Assembly (NCBI GenBank): GCA_963575745.1
Contig: CAUYUJ010000237.1
Span: forward strand, 434,001 to 498,000
Direction: 5' to 3'
DNA: 64,000 nt
DNA from: Prorocentrum cordatum
Taxonomy: Eukaryota
A program made the translations under genes and the position numbers. The notes under the pieces were generated by a model. It was given only the letters and a program-made list of their open reading frames with translations, ran no database searches and had not been told where the DNA came from. This document shows positions 25,291-37,321 of the stretch, piece by piece (position 1 is the stretch's first letter; each line of letters begins with the position of its first letter).

Positions 25291-26984
25291 AGAGAAATTA
25301 TATAGGGAGGGGCAGGAACAGAAGAAAGGGAGAAGAGGGAGGTAGGAGGGCGACGACGACGACGGGAGAGGGGAAGAGAAACGATGGGGCAGGAAGAAGG
25401 GGGGGGCGAGTTTGTAGGGCGAGGTGGGGGGGGGAGGGGAGGGCGCGGGAAGGGTGGAAGGAGGGCCGGGGAGGGGGGAAGCCAGGGAAAAAGGGGAGGG
25501 ATGGGGGAGGGGGGGGGGGGGGGGGGCGAGTTAGTAGGAAGGAGGAAGAAAGGGTGATGAAGGGTGAGAGTTGGAATATGAGGGAAAACCGCGAACCAGA
25601 GTTGCAACCAGCAGCCCAAACTTGTCCGCAGCAGGGCCCAGATTTCTCCGCGACGCCCTTGCCGGGCTCCCACGAGTGCCACCTGGGGGCCCATGACGCC
25701 GCCGAGAACGCCCACGAGGCCTTGCAAGTTTTGCACGAAAGCCCCCAAGGCATATTGGACATCCCCACGCAAAAAAAGCGAGACCTGCACCAACGCCCAA
25801 AAGGCTGGCGACCCACAGCGCAGGCATGGCGGCGGGGCTTGCCACAGGCATCGGAATACCAAAGCCCTCGCACCCCCCCGAATCTCCCTTGGGGACTTCC
25901 TGGGGCGAGCTCCACGCAGCGTTCGCCCCGGCCGAACGACGCCCTCCCTTCGAAGGGTTGGGCCAGGCAAGCTGAAGTCGGGGATGCCCGCCACCATGTC
26001 CCCTCGCCCTCTTCCTCCGTCGTCTTCCTCCTCCTCTTCCTCTTGCCAATCTCCCACCCCCTCCTCTCCCCCCCCCCCCCGCCGCGCCGCCGTGCCCCCC
26101 CCCCGCCCCCTTCGCCGCGTGAAGCTACTGCGCCCCCGTCGAGACCAGGAATCGCCCGGCGAACGCGGCGCGACCTCGTGGATGCACCAGACTGTCACCT
26201 GGACCGTCGGACAAAATTGCCGCGGGGTCCAGGGGGGGGCGCATCCTGACTGTGAAATTAGAATGAATCCGCCCCGCAGCGAAAGCCAGGGGCGATTTTG
26301 TCGCGACGTGTTCTTGGGTCGGTTTGATTTGTTTGTCGCGGCCGTCTTTTTTTTATTGTGCCGCCTTTCTTTTTGTCGGCCCATTTTGTCGGGCTGACTG
26401 GTTGTCGGGGTTGTTTTTTTTTGCCGGGGGGGTTTGGTTGTTCGTCGGCAAACGATGTCGGGGCGATCGTTTTTTGCCGGCTGGGCGCCGCCCACAGCGC
26501 ATGGATGCATGGAGGCAGACGGGTCGAATGGCAGCAAGGGCGCACGCACGCAACGCAGAAGGAGAACAATAAGGAACGCGAGCCAGGGCAATGCAAGAAC
26601 AGCGCGGGGGGGATGCGAGGGGGGCGGCAAGAGCAGATGATGACGAAATGAGAAAGGCATTTGCTTGTAGAGTACGTGCCCCGACGGATCCACGCGCAGC
26701 GGGCGCCGAAGAGATCGCGGCACCTTTGGTCTCCAATCTGCAACCTCGATGCCGGCGCCGCAAGCGTGCGCAGGATGCTCTGCGGGCACAGTGCTCATGA
26801 AGTCCGCCCCGCGCGTGGTGCAGCAAGCAGGCGACGTAACTAAACTCCGTCGCGCCGAGACGCGGGCGGCCACGCATGTCAGGAAACTCAAAGAGCCCCT
26901 CGCGGTCGCCCACGGGGCTTCGCAAGGGCCTATTAGGACCTTGACTAAAATAAGCTTGGCGAAATACCCAACCACATGCAGCTG

Positions 26985-27320
26985 CGGGTGCCATGTGGGG
27001 CCACGATTGCGTGGGGGGTGCGCCAAGATGGGGCGGCGCCGCCATGTGGGCCGCGCCACTAGGGCCTCCGGTGGAACTCCATGCGGGGCCGCGAACCGAG
27101 CGAAGGGTGCGCCCAAATTGGGCGCAGCCGCCATGTGGACCCTGCCACTGGGGCCGTCAGTGGAGCTCCATGTGGGGCCACGAACCGTGCGAGGGGTGCG
27201 CCCGCATGGGCGGCACCGCCGTGGGGCCATGCCACTGGGGCCTTCGGTGGACCTCCATGTGGGGCCACGAAGCGCGTGAGGGGCACGCCCAAATGAGGCG
27301 GCGCCGCCACGTGGACCTCG
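26985..27320 (-). repeat. About 3-4 units of the 101-bp satellite family, reverse orientation
   Basis: Repeated 'gccactggggcc(t/g)tc(g/a)gtgga.ctccatgtggggccacgaa'. Confidence 0.85.
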
Positions 27321-30300
27321 ATCCAGCATGGATCCTGGCAGATCGGCGGGCCTGGCGAAAGCATAAAAGGTATTCAAGAATTTCGGGTCCTGTCCGAGCC
27401 CATTGATATCCTCCTGCGCGAATGCATAATCTTCCTCGCAATCATGGTCGGCACACGCGGCGCAAAAATAATTGCCCTGCCTGGCCCATTCGCGCGCCAG
27501 ACTATTAGCGGGTATCATTCCACCATACCTGGTGCAGTGGGAGCTCTTCTGTTTTGGGAACCCGCATTGGTCGCAAAAGCTCACAGGGAGGACCGGGCTT
27601 GCAAACGCGGCAGCACAATTTACTGCGCTCCTGTCCGCCGCCACGTTGCCAGCGCCGCCCCGGTGTCTCGCGCGAAAGTAGTCTCGCGTGATCGCGTCGC
27701 CTTGGATGCGCAGCGCGGCTTTCACTATGGTTTGGCGTCCCCGAGAATTTTCGTCAGTGCGCCTGGCGACCTGCAAATTTGCGCAACCAGTTGCCATCGC
27801 GCGGCGACTTCTGGCGACGCCACCGCCCTCGAGCACGCGCGCGCGCGTGCGAGCCCACGGTTGTAGGTTAGCGCGCGCAGGCGCGCACGTCGCGTTTGCT
27901 TGTGCACTTCTGCGCTCATCATGCCGTTGCGCGCTGTAGTGTCGCATGGGGCGCCTTTGATGTCGCTGTCGCAGTGCCACTTGCTCCGAGGTGTCTATTC
28001 GATTATCACCGCTGCCGCTGCCATTGGCGCGGTTGTTCCTGATCGCAACGTCGCGATTGGCAGGCAATTCGGTCCGCGCCCGTTCGCGCCAAACGCTGTT
28101 ATCGTGGTCCTCATCGGGGCATCAGTTTGCAGCAAGGGGCATCGCGCGGGCGCTCGCGTTCTCGCGTTCGGTCAGCCGCGATTCGTCCAACGCTATACCG
28201 ATAATGTTGCGTTTAAGCGCTTATTGTTCGAATTGCGTTTTGTCGTCAAAAGCTTCGCCCGTGAAATGTCATTACTGACCTTCTGCCGGATCCGCCGCAG
28301 GTCCTGCGCGGCGAGACGCGCGAGGGGAGGCATCAGGATCAGCTCTGACCACTGGCAGAAAGTTTGGAGGTCAATCTTTATGTCTTGATTTTCTTAATGA
28401 TATTCGTAGATCGGCTTCTGGAGAGGGCCCGCTGCGCCCCCCCCCACAGATTTGGCGCGACCCCCGCGTTGCGTTCAATTTGCAACGCGCTTTTTAATCC
28501 AAAGACATCGGGCCGACGTCGGGCCACCGCCGAGTTGCGTCGCCCAGCCCATGGATATGCGCGATGTTCACATGTGTTGTTCCATCGCCACAACGGGAGA
28601 CTTCTGTCCTCCCCCAGCGGGGCGCGTCGTGGGCCATGGGCGACGGCGGGCGGGGGGAGGGGGGCTGTTTGCCCCCCCCCCCCCCCCCCCTCCCCTCCTG
28701 GGGCGCCCCGCCGTTCCGCGCTCGCTTCCCCCTTGTCCTCGTCGCTGCGCGCGCGGGGGGCGCCGCCCCATCTCGCCCGCGAGCCCGCGAGCCGCCCGCC
28801 TGGAAGGGGCCCTCGCGCGGGCCCAGTCCGCGGCTACATCTATCGTTGCCGGGCAGCTTCCCTTCGCAGCGCCCCCGACGTCCCGCCCCCTGGGAGACGC
28901 GGCGACCGACGGGCGTGGCAGCCCTTTTTTTTGCCCCCAAAATTGGAGCGCCCAGTTCAGTATTACCTCCCAGAACCCACGATACAAAGTAACAGCATGG
29001 CTGCCTTGATTTTGCGCGAGCGTGCTTGGAGGTTCCGACGGGCTGATCCTTGATCATCCCCGTTCGTTTGATCGTTGGGTGGCGGCCATGGCGCCTCGCG
29101 TCGGTCTTCCTTCCGTCGTCCTTCTTCTCATCCTGTTTTTTCGGGCTCCCTTTGGCTTTCGTTCAACCGCTGGGAGGCCGAACCGCGTGGGTGGCTAACT
29201 CTTTCGTCTCGGCGAGCGCCCTGTCAGCGTCGCCCAGGGGGAGCCGTCGGCCCGTTGCGCGGGCGCCCCAAACCGCGACGATCCTGCCCCCCCACTCATC
29301 GCCGGGCGCTCGTTTCGACGCGCCCCCGCCTTTTCCGCGCGACCGCCGGCGTCAGAGTCAAGCGGGGGGGCCCCCAGGGGCCTCCCTCACTAGTCGGCGG
29401 GGTAATTCTTTGTAATCACTGGAACATCGCCCCTCGCTTCCCCAACGCCTGCGCGGGGAGGCGTGGGCATTTACGGAAATAGTTTAGAATTCCCCGAGGG
29501 GGCCCATGGGAAACCCGGGGGCCCCGAAGGACAGCGTCAGGGGACCCTAAGGAAACCCAAGAGCCCAGGTGTCTCTACGACGTGGTCCCCTCTCCTGCCT
29601 TTGGCCTCCTCCTGCGCCTTTTCTCCCGGTGCCTGCCTCCTTCCGCCCCTCCTGCGCCCTTCCGCCTGCTCTTGCCCTGCCCCGCCCCTCCCATCAACCA
29701 CTCCCCCCCCCCGTGGCCCCTCGCCTCTCCTTCCTTCACCCTCGTTCTCCCTGCTCCCATCTTCCTGCCCCCCTCCTTTTTCGTCTTGTCTTCCACCTCC
29801 GTTGTTCCTCCTCCCTTCCCTCTCTTCGCTCCCCCGCGCTCCCTCGCCCCACCCTCTCTCTTTTTCCCCCGCCCTGCCCCCCCCCATCCGCCCTCCCCAG
29901 TCCTTTTCCGCGCCGCGCGTTCGCCTTCCTTCGCCCCCCCGCATCCGCCCCCCGCCCTCCGCCCTCCCTCGCCCTCCGCCCTCGCCAATTCTCTCTCGCC
30001 CCGCCCTCCCTCATCTCACTTGCCCTGCCTCCTCCCGCCCGCCCCGCCCCCCGCCCTTCTTCACCTTCCGTCCGCTCTTCCTCCCTCGCTCATATTCCCT
30101 CATTTCCTTTCCCTCACCTTCCACCCTTGCCCTCGACCCCCCCTCGCGCTCCCTCCCCCCCGACCTCTTCCCTCGGTTTCCACCGACCCCCCCCCCGCCC
30201 TCCCGCGCCTCCCCCGCGGGGGGCCCCGCAGGCGCCCCGGGGGGCGGCCGCCAATTTCTCCGCCAATGTTCTTATGACGGGGTTCCTGCTTTAACAAAAA

Positions 30301-30524
30301 ATTGAAAAGAAATTGGCGATGTAATCCGACATGGTTTTTGGCTGAATTTTTGGCGGGATTTTTGTCGGGAGGTTCTTTCGAGTGTCCCGGGCGCAGTTTT
30401 TGGATGGCCGCGGGGGGGGGCCGCCGGCGTTCTTGGATGGCCCCGGGGGTGGTCCGACGGGTGGTTTCTGGATGGCCCCGGGGGGTCCCAACGGTGCTCC
30501 AGATTCCAGGCTGCTGTCCTCGCA

Positions 30525-30840
30525 TGGCGCAAGCTATGCAGTGCAAGCTACATGTTGCAAGGTATGTGGTGTAGACTATGCGAGGGAAGCCACGTGGTGC
30601 AAACTATGTGGCGTTATCTATGTGGCGCAAGCTGCGCGGTGCAATCTACGCGTCCGAAGCGATGTGGTGCAGGCTACATGGCGCGAGGTCTGCGGCGCAA
30701 GCTATGTGGTGCAAGCTATGGGTTGCACGCGATGTGGCGCAAGCCATGTGGATGCAAACTGTGCGGCGTAACCTATGTGGTGCAATCTATGTGGTGCGAG
30801 TGCTGGTGCGCAAGCAATGTGGCGCACGCTATGCGCTGAA
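30525..30840. repeat. Degenerate minisatellite, about 14-bp unit (ctatgtggtgcaag)
   Basis: About 20 diverged tandem units, read directly. Confidence 0.85.
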
Positions 30841-30865
30841 AGCCGCGGCTGGCGTTCTCCACGAT

Positions 30866-31243
30866 ACGCCCTGTCGGGATTGGAACGGGCGTTGTCAAGT
30901 AGGCGCCCTGTCGGGGCCAAAGCGGGCGTTGTCAAGCAGGCGCCCTGTCGGGGCTAGAGCGGGCGTTGTCAAGTACGCCCCCTGTCGGGGGCGGAACGGG
31001 CGTTGTCAAGGAAGCGCCCTGTCGGGAGCGGAGCGGGCGTTGTCAAGGAAGTGCTCTGTCGCGAGCGGCGCGGGCGTTGTCAAGTAGGCGCCCTGTCGGG
31101 ACCGGAGCGGGCGTTGTCAAGTACGCGCCCTGTTGGGAGCAGAGCGGGCGTTGTCAAGTATGCGTCCAGTCGGGACCGGGGCGGGCGTTGTCAAGTAGGC
31201 GCCCTGTCGGGACTGGAGCGGGCGTTGTCAAGTAGGTGCCCTG
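30866..31243. repeat. 37-bp minisatellite, 10 copies
   Basis: 'gggcgttgtcaag' at 30887, 30924, 30961, 30998 ... 31220 (period 37). Confidence 0.95.
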
Positions 31244-31980
31244 CCTTCTCTTCCGCGTGTTCTCGCCCCTCCTTGCCCGCTTCTCTTTTCGCCCTCTTCC
31301 CCCTTCACCCGTTGCTGTCTCATCGCGTCCTCGAGTCCTTGCTCACTTCCTCCCACTGCCCCCCCTCTATCGCCCGCTCCCCCTGTCGCCGAGCGACCTT
31401 CAGCGCGCCTATTTGCAACCTTGGTTCCAAGCCCTGCTCGCGCCTTCGCCAAGCCCATGGGCAACGAGCCCAACGCTGGTGCGGGCGCTGCGCTGTGTGT
31501 TGCGGGGCGCGCCCCGTCAGTGGTAGCGGGGCCAAGTGCGACGCTGCGTCGCAGGCGTTTCTTCTACGACGCCCAAGAACGTCGGAATTTCGCCGTTACG
31601 CCAATGTTGCTCGTGCTCCCCTTCTTCGATTGTGGAGCGATTCGTTCAGCCGCGCTTTTTTGCACGCGCGCGCGCCTCGCCAGTGCCGCGCCCTTGCGTC
31701 GGCGGCCCAGCGTTCGTTGGATTTCCGCGCTGCCGCGCGCGTGCTACTGTATTGGATGGACTGGTGTAGCGCGCGTGGAGTTGTTTGTTGGCGACGCTAC
31801 TGCAAGTGCAAATGTCTCATTGGCAGTTGTTTCTTCGATCGGGGCAAACAGCGGCGCCGCGGCGTCGTGGCGAGCTTGAATTGCGCGTATCCGTGCAAAG
31901 CGGCCTTCGCGCAACGGGCGCCGCGCTGCCGAAGGGTCGGGCGACCTTTTGAACGATGAAAAAATTGATCAACGCGTTCT

Positions 31981-32890
31981 GCACGCCGGTCAGAGGTGAA
32001 CCAGGATGGGGAGGAGCTGCTGCTATTCATGGTGCGTGTGTACAGCAGTCTCCGCAGGTCGCACGGCGCCGTCCGTTCGAAGCTCCTCGGCATACGCTCG
32101 CAGCGCGTGATGCTCGGGGAGCCCGACCCCCTGGCGGGGGAGCCCCGCTTGTGCATGGCGCTTCACGGCATCGAGATCTGGCAGGGCCCAGGTCAGAGGC
32201 AGCTCCCAGTGACCATCAAGATGCTCAGGCAGATCGGAGGGATGCTGCATCCAGACGACTGCGCGGACGACGCGGCGCTGCACCTGTGCGTGATCTTCGC
32301 GTTCTTCTTTATGATGCGGATCGAGGAGTCGCGCGCTCGGGCCAGTGGGGTCTGAAGATGTCCGGACGGGTCTGGGCATTGCCCCGAAGTGCAAGGGTGA
32401 GCAGGTGTGCCAGTTCGCCGCGGCGGACGAGATGGTGCTCTGGTTCAATACGTCGAAGGCAGACCAGGGGGCGCGGGCCAGGCGAGGAATCGCTCCCGCT
32501 CGAAGGACCCCGGCGGCGTCTGCCCTGCGTGGGCGGCGGAGTGCTACAACCGTTGGTTCCCGAACCGCATCTCGGGCAAGGAGCCGCGCCTGCCGCTCGC
32601 GAGGTGGGCGGGCGGTAGCCCGACTACGCAGGGGCGCATCCAGGACCTGCCCTGGGAGGCCGCGGCGCTGGGAGAGCTGCCCGCCGGACAGTTTCAAGAG
32701 CAGTTCGCTCCGCATTGGTGGGGCGACCGCCCTGCGCCGCTGCTTCCAGGGCACCGAATTGGCGAAGCGGCGACGGCGGTGGAACAGCGGGGCCGTCCAC
32801 CGGTATCTGTGGGAGGCGAGCGAGGGCGCGGCAGGGGTCTCCGATGCGACGGCGAAATCGGTCGCGACCCTGCGCGCGGGCTACAGGGCG
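31981..32890 (+). pseudogene. Tyrosine recombinase, main part, inactivated
   Basis: 'EELLLFM', 'QLPVTIKML', 'FAFFFMMRIEE' (catalytic R), 'SKADQ' (K), 'CPAWAA', 'SSLRIGGATAL' (HxxR with H lost), 'RWNSGAVHRYL' (W and catalytic Y). Confidence 0.88.
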
Positions 32891-33242
32891 ATGGCTGCGG
32901 GAGGAGGAGCGGCCGCCAGCGAGGCAGGAGGATGCAGGGCGCCAGCCTGGTCCCAGGCGCGGCGTCGAGGGCGGCCATTTTCGCTGCGGCGAGGTGGAGG
33001 TTTTGCGGGCAGCGTGGCTGCCAGGTCAGCCTGAGGCCGTTTGAAGTGGAGCGGGCAAGCACGATGCAGACGGAGGTGGCGCGAGTGCTGGGCGTCGGGC
33101 CAGGCCCCTCCCAGCCCGGGCGGGGGCCTCGAGGTGGCCCCGCGGCTCGCGCGGCGGCGGCGGCGGCCGGGGTGGCGCCGCGGCCTTGCGGCGAGGGCCC
33201 TTCGGCAGCGCTCGGCGCCGAGGTCCCGTGGAGCACTGGGTG

Positions 33243-34102
33243 GCCGAGGAGCCGCCGTCGGAGGCGCAGTGAGGACGGCCGGCGCGCGATGCGCCCGCGG
33301 GCGCCAAAATGCCCGCCTGATGCCGCTGCTTCTGATCGTGGGGAGCGGTTGCGCGCTGTGCCCGCATGTCGGATTTTCCAGGCGCGAGCTCAGTCAAACG
33401 CGAGAGCGCGCGCGCCAGCCTAGAACGCGAGGTTTTAGTGCGAGGTGCCCGGGGAGGGGGGGGCCACCCATCTTTCTGTCTTCTGTGCCCCCCCCCCCCT
33501 GCGCGGCCCACTTGGGCTCGAGTTTCCGCTCGGGCCCTTCCTCCCAGGCCCCCCCCCTTAGGCCCGTTCGGCTCTCGCCGCGTAGCGGTTGGAGCCTGCC
33601 AGGGACCGCCGTCGGCGGCAAAGTGAGGGCGGCTGGCGCGCGCTGCGCCTGCGGGCGCCAAAATGCCCGCCTGGCGCCGCTGCTTCTGATCATGGGGAGC
33701 GGGTGCACGCGGCGCCCGCTTGTCGGATTTTCTGGCGCGAGCTCAGTCAAACGTGAGAGTTCGCGCGCCGGCCTAGAACGTAAGGTGTTAGTGTGAGGTG
33801 CCTGGGGGGGGGGGGGGCCATCCGTCTCTCTGTCTTCTGTCTCCCCCCCCCTCCGCGGCCCACTTGGGTTTCAGTTTCCGCTCGGGTCCTCCCCTGCCAG
33901 GCGCCCCCCCGCCCGTTCGGCCCTCGCCGCGTAGCGGTTGGAGCCTGCCGAGGAGCCGCCGTCGGCGGCGCAGTGAGGGCGGCCAGCGCGCGATGCGCTC
34001 GCGGGCGCCAAAATGCCCGCCTGGCGCCGCTGCTTCTGATCCTGGGGAGCGGGCGCATGCGGCACCCGCTTGTCGGATTTTCCAGGCGCGAGCTCAGTCA
34101 AA
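33243..34102 (+). repeat. Satellite, about 355-bp unit, about 2.5 copies
   Basis: 'gcgggcgccaaaatgcccgcct..gccgctgcttctgatc' near 33300, 33655 and 34005; 'gcgcgagctcagtcaaac' occurs three times. Confidence 0.9.
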
Positions 34103-34930
34103 CACGTCCATTTTGGCACGCCCGTCGCACGGTTCGCGACCCCATGGGGCTCGGCCGAAGGCCCCGATGGTAGAGCTCGCATGCGCCCGCCCGGCCCGCT
34201 GCATGTCCATGTCGGCGCGCACCCCAGACGCTTCGTGGCCCCATGCTGAGCTCCACCGGAGGCCCCAGTGGCAATGTCCACGCGCCCGCCCTGCCCGCTG
34301 CATGTCCGCTCCGGCGCGCCCCCCAGGCGGTTCGTGGCCCCATAGGGGGCACCACCGGAGGTCCCAGTAGCAGAGTTCACATGCGCCCACCCCGCCCGCC
34401 GCATGTCCATTTCGGCACGCCCTTCACACTCTTTGTGGCCCCATGGGGACGTCCACTAAATACCGCAGAGGCAAAGACCGCGTGCGCCTGCCCGCCCGCC
34501 GCAGGTCCATTTCGGCGCACCCCGCACGCGGTTCGCGGCCCCACAGGGAGCTCCACTGGAGGCCCCAGAGGCAAAGTCCACATGTGCACACCCCGCCCAC
34601 CGCGCGTCCATTTCGGAACACCCCTCACACCGTTCGTGGCCCCATAAGGATTCCCACCGACGGCCCCATATGCAAAGTCTACATGCGCCTGCCCCGCCCA
34701 CCGCATGTCCATGTCGGCACGCACCCTTCACACACTTCGCGCCCCCACTGGGGGCCCCACCGAATGCCCCAGGGCAAAGTCCACATTCGGCCCCCCGCCC
34801 ATCGCATGTCATGTCGGAAGACCTCACGCGGTTGAAGGTCTCATAGGGAGCTGGGCCGAAGGCCCCAGAGGCAAATTCTACACGCGCTCGCCCCTCCCGC
34901 GAGGACAACCTGCTCGCGCGGGCGCCGCGC
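34103..34930 (+). repeat. 101-bp satellite, about 8 copies
   Basis: Same unit and orientation as 3517-4695. Confidence 0.93.
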
Positions 34931-35484
34931 ATTGAGTTCTTCCTGGCAGGGCTGCCGGAGGACTTGCGGAATCATGTGGAGCAGTTTGCGGCGCGCGATG
35001 CAGGAGAGAGGCGGCGGCCCTCGCCAGGGAGCTAGGCTTCACCGAGTTTATCCGCGAGGCCTGACCTGGGGAGCTGGCCCGCCCGAGCAGCCCCTTTTCT
35101 CGATTGTCCAACCGTTTGGCCCCGCGCAGTGGGCCACCCGCGCGCGCCGCTGGAACTTGTCGGGGCAACCAGCGTGCGTTGCGGGAGCTCCGCGACGCGC
35201 TCTGCCCAGCGCCTCACTCGCTCGTCGTCGTTCTGCCCGCGGCCCGAGCCTTGCCCGCTATCAGCGCGCCAGCGAGCTCTGTGCGCCCCGCGCAGCAGAC
35301 GACCCGCGCGCGTCGCTGGATACCCTGCGGGGCGACCGGCGCGCGTCGTGGGAGCTCCGCGCTGCGCTGCGCCCTCAGCCTTGGTATTTGGAACACGCGG
35401 GCAGGGAGAAAGAGAGAGAGAGAGAGAGGGACACAAAAAGGAAAGGGCTGTTCTGGTGCCCCTCCATCGAACATATCGCGGACC

Positions 35485-35660
35485 GAGGGGCCGCGCCGAA
35501 GGCCCTATAGGAAACTCCACCGAAGGCCCCAGTGGCAGCGCCCTCGTGCCGCCGCCATTCCACTTTGGCGTGCCCTTCGCACGTTTCGTGCCTTCCCCAA
35601 ATCCGCCGAAGATGGCTCGGGGGGCCCTCCCTCTGCACGCCACTCCGCGCTGGTGAGGCG
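35485..35660 (+). repeat. Isolated degenerate units of the 101-bp satellite
   Basis: 'ccctataggaaactccaccgaaggccccagtggcag'. Confidence 0.7.
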
Positions 35661-36094
35661 CGGCAACATTTGTGGTCGGCTTCTTCGGGTTCCAGGCGTA
35701 TGTTAGGCGCCGCCGCCGTCGTCGCCGGCGCCGTCTTCGTCTGTCGTCGACGCCGACATCGTCGTCGTGATCGTGGTGGTGGTGGTCGTTGTCCTCCTCG
35801 TTGTCATCGTCGTCGTCGTCGTTGTCGGTCCTAGGGGTGCATCCGAATGTCCCGGACCTCTGGCGTCGTCGTTGTTTCAGTCTGGTCGACACGTGGCCCG
35901 CAATGTTCGGCAGGGGCCGTTTTCGGGCCCATGGGCCGTCAAAAGCGGCTCCGTGGGGACGGGAAAGGTTTAGACTGCCCAGATGGGCTCCGAATGAATG
36001 GGGTCAGAAGATCGCGCCGCATCGACGACGCATCGCCGATCGGCTCGACGTGGAGCCCGAATTTCTCCACGCGGATGGCGCTGACGCACCGCTG

Positions 36095-36140
36095 GCATCG
36101 CCGATGCATCGCAGATGTGTCACTGATGCATCGGCGATGC
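36095..36140. repeat. Perfect 16-bp inverted repeat with a 14-nt loop
   Basis: GCATCGCCGATGCATC (36095-36110) and GATGCATCGGCGATGC (36125-36140). Confidence 0.9.
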
Positions 36141-37321
36141 GGCGGCGATCTTCCGACCCCATCCACTCGGCCCCCATCCAGGAGGTTTTTGTCCTGGGGG
36201 CCCCGCGGATGTTGCAGAAGTCCCACGGCCAGATGCCTAGGGTTCCAGGGGGGGCTCGCCTCCGCGGGCCCCAGGATTCCAGCACCCGGGGGAGATTCGG
36301 CCGCGCGGCGTTCCCTGCCCCTGCCTCATTGGCGGAGGCTGGAGACAGGGAGGAGGGTGGGAGGGAGGAGGGAGGGAGGAGGAAGGATCATTCATCGAGG
36401 TCTTACAGTGGAGACCCATGCCAAGAAACACCCAGCGTGCCTCCAGGGTGCCGTGGCGTCTTTGTGTTTCGATGGTTTCGCTATGGAAAGCGTGACGTTC
36501 CCACGCGGAAAATGAGTGGGCGTCCTGGGGTCTCAGGGTTGGGTTTCTTGTGGAAGGTTTCTTGAGGTCGATCTCCTACTGTTGGCCGTTGTTGGTCCCC
36601 TGTGGGGCTTCTGAGTGCCTCCAGATAATCTCGGGGACTTCTGGAGGCCTCCGTAGCAGGACTATGAAGGGGGGAGCCCGCCTCCAGGCGGTCGATGGTC
36701 GAGGTTCTGAAACGTGGCTCGGTCGTTCTCGGGGCTCTGCCCCTCTCCTGAAGGATGGAGTTGAAGGAGCAGGGACGGGAGAGGGACGAAGGGAACCAGG
36801 AAGAGGAATGGCACAGGAGGAGGGAGAGAGCCAGGATAGAGGACGGAGGGAGCAAAATGGGTGTGCAGGATGATGCACGAGGAAAAGGAAGACGACGACG
36901 AGCAGCAGCAGCAGCAACAGCAACACCGTCAGCATCTTTAGCATGGAGGTTGGCGGAAACAGGGGGTCAAATATGATGAACAGAGATGGAGGAAAAGGGA
37001 GGACCAGAAAGATGATGACGAGGCTATGGTCGTGGAGGAGGAGGAAGCGGATTGGGAGGAGAGGGAAGAGAGGGACGCAAGAGTGAGGAGACGCAGGACG
37101 CGGAGCATGGGTGGGATAAGTGCGGAGCAGGTGCGAACCAGTACAAACCCAAGACGCATCAACGATGTAGCAATTCACCCTCCCTTCAATACACGAATAT
37201 GTTCTCATTGCGGCCAGTGCCCCATTGGAAGACAATCGTGGCCTCAAACGTACCAAAACACAAGTCCTGGTAGTTCAGCGCGAATCAACGTGACTGTCGC
37301 GTCCTGGCAATCCTAAATCCT

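Larger units (their letters stand above)
24226..31980. mobile_element. Unidentified 7755-bp composite block interrupting the recombinase
   Basis: The recombinase reading stops at 24225 and resumes at 31981, with TTCT at both junctions. The block is a mosaic of satellites, purine/pyrimidine tracts and CpG-rich unique segments. Confidence 0.55.
4756..33200 (+). mobile_element. Degenerate DIRS-like (tyrosine recombinase) retrotransposon with a C5-MTase-like domain, interrupted by two insertions; about 13.5 kb when reassembled
   Basis: Collinear frameshifted remnants on +: ORF1-like region, MTase-like domain, RT, RNase H (split at 13861/21017), tyrosine recombinase (split at 24225/31981). Ends are inferred from satellite junctions; no terminal repeats were recognised. 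Confidence 0.8.

Noticed and set aside
25023..28067. 1014-aa minus-strand ORF
   Set aside because: It runs through satellites and low-complexity tracts with no coherent domain; most likely a chance open frame in GC-rich DNA.
30866..31243. CRISPR-like array (37-bp period)
   Set aside because: The variable parts are only about 7 nt and similar to each other; there are no unique spacers or cas genes, and the context is eukaryotic.
24226..31980. Helitron or TIR DNA transposon identity for the block
   Set aside because: No TC...CTRR ends, no inverted termini, and no Rep/helicase or DDE motifs were recognised.
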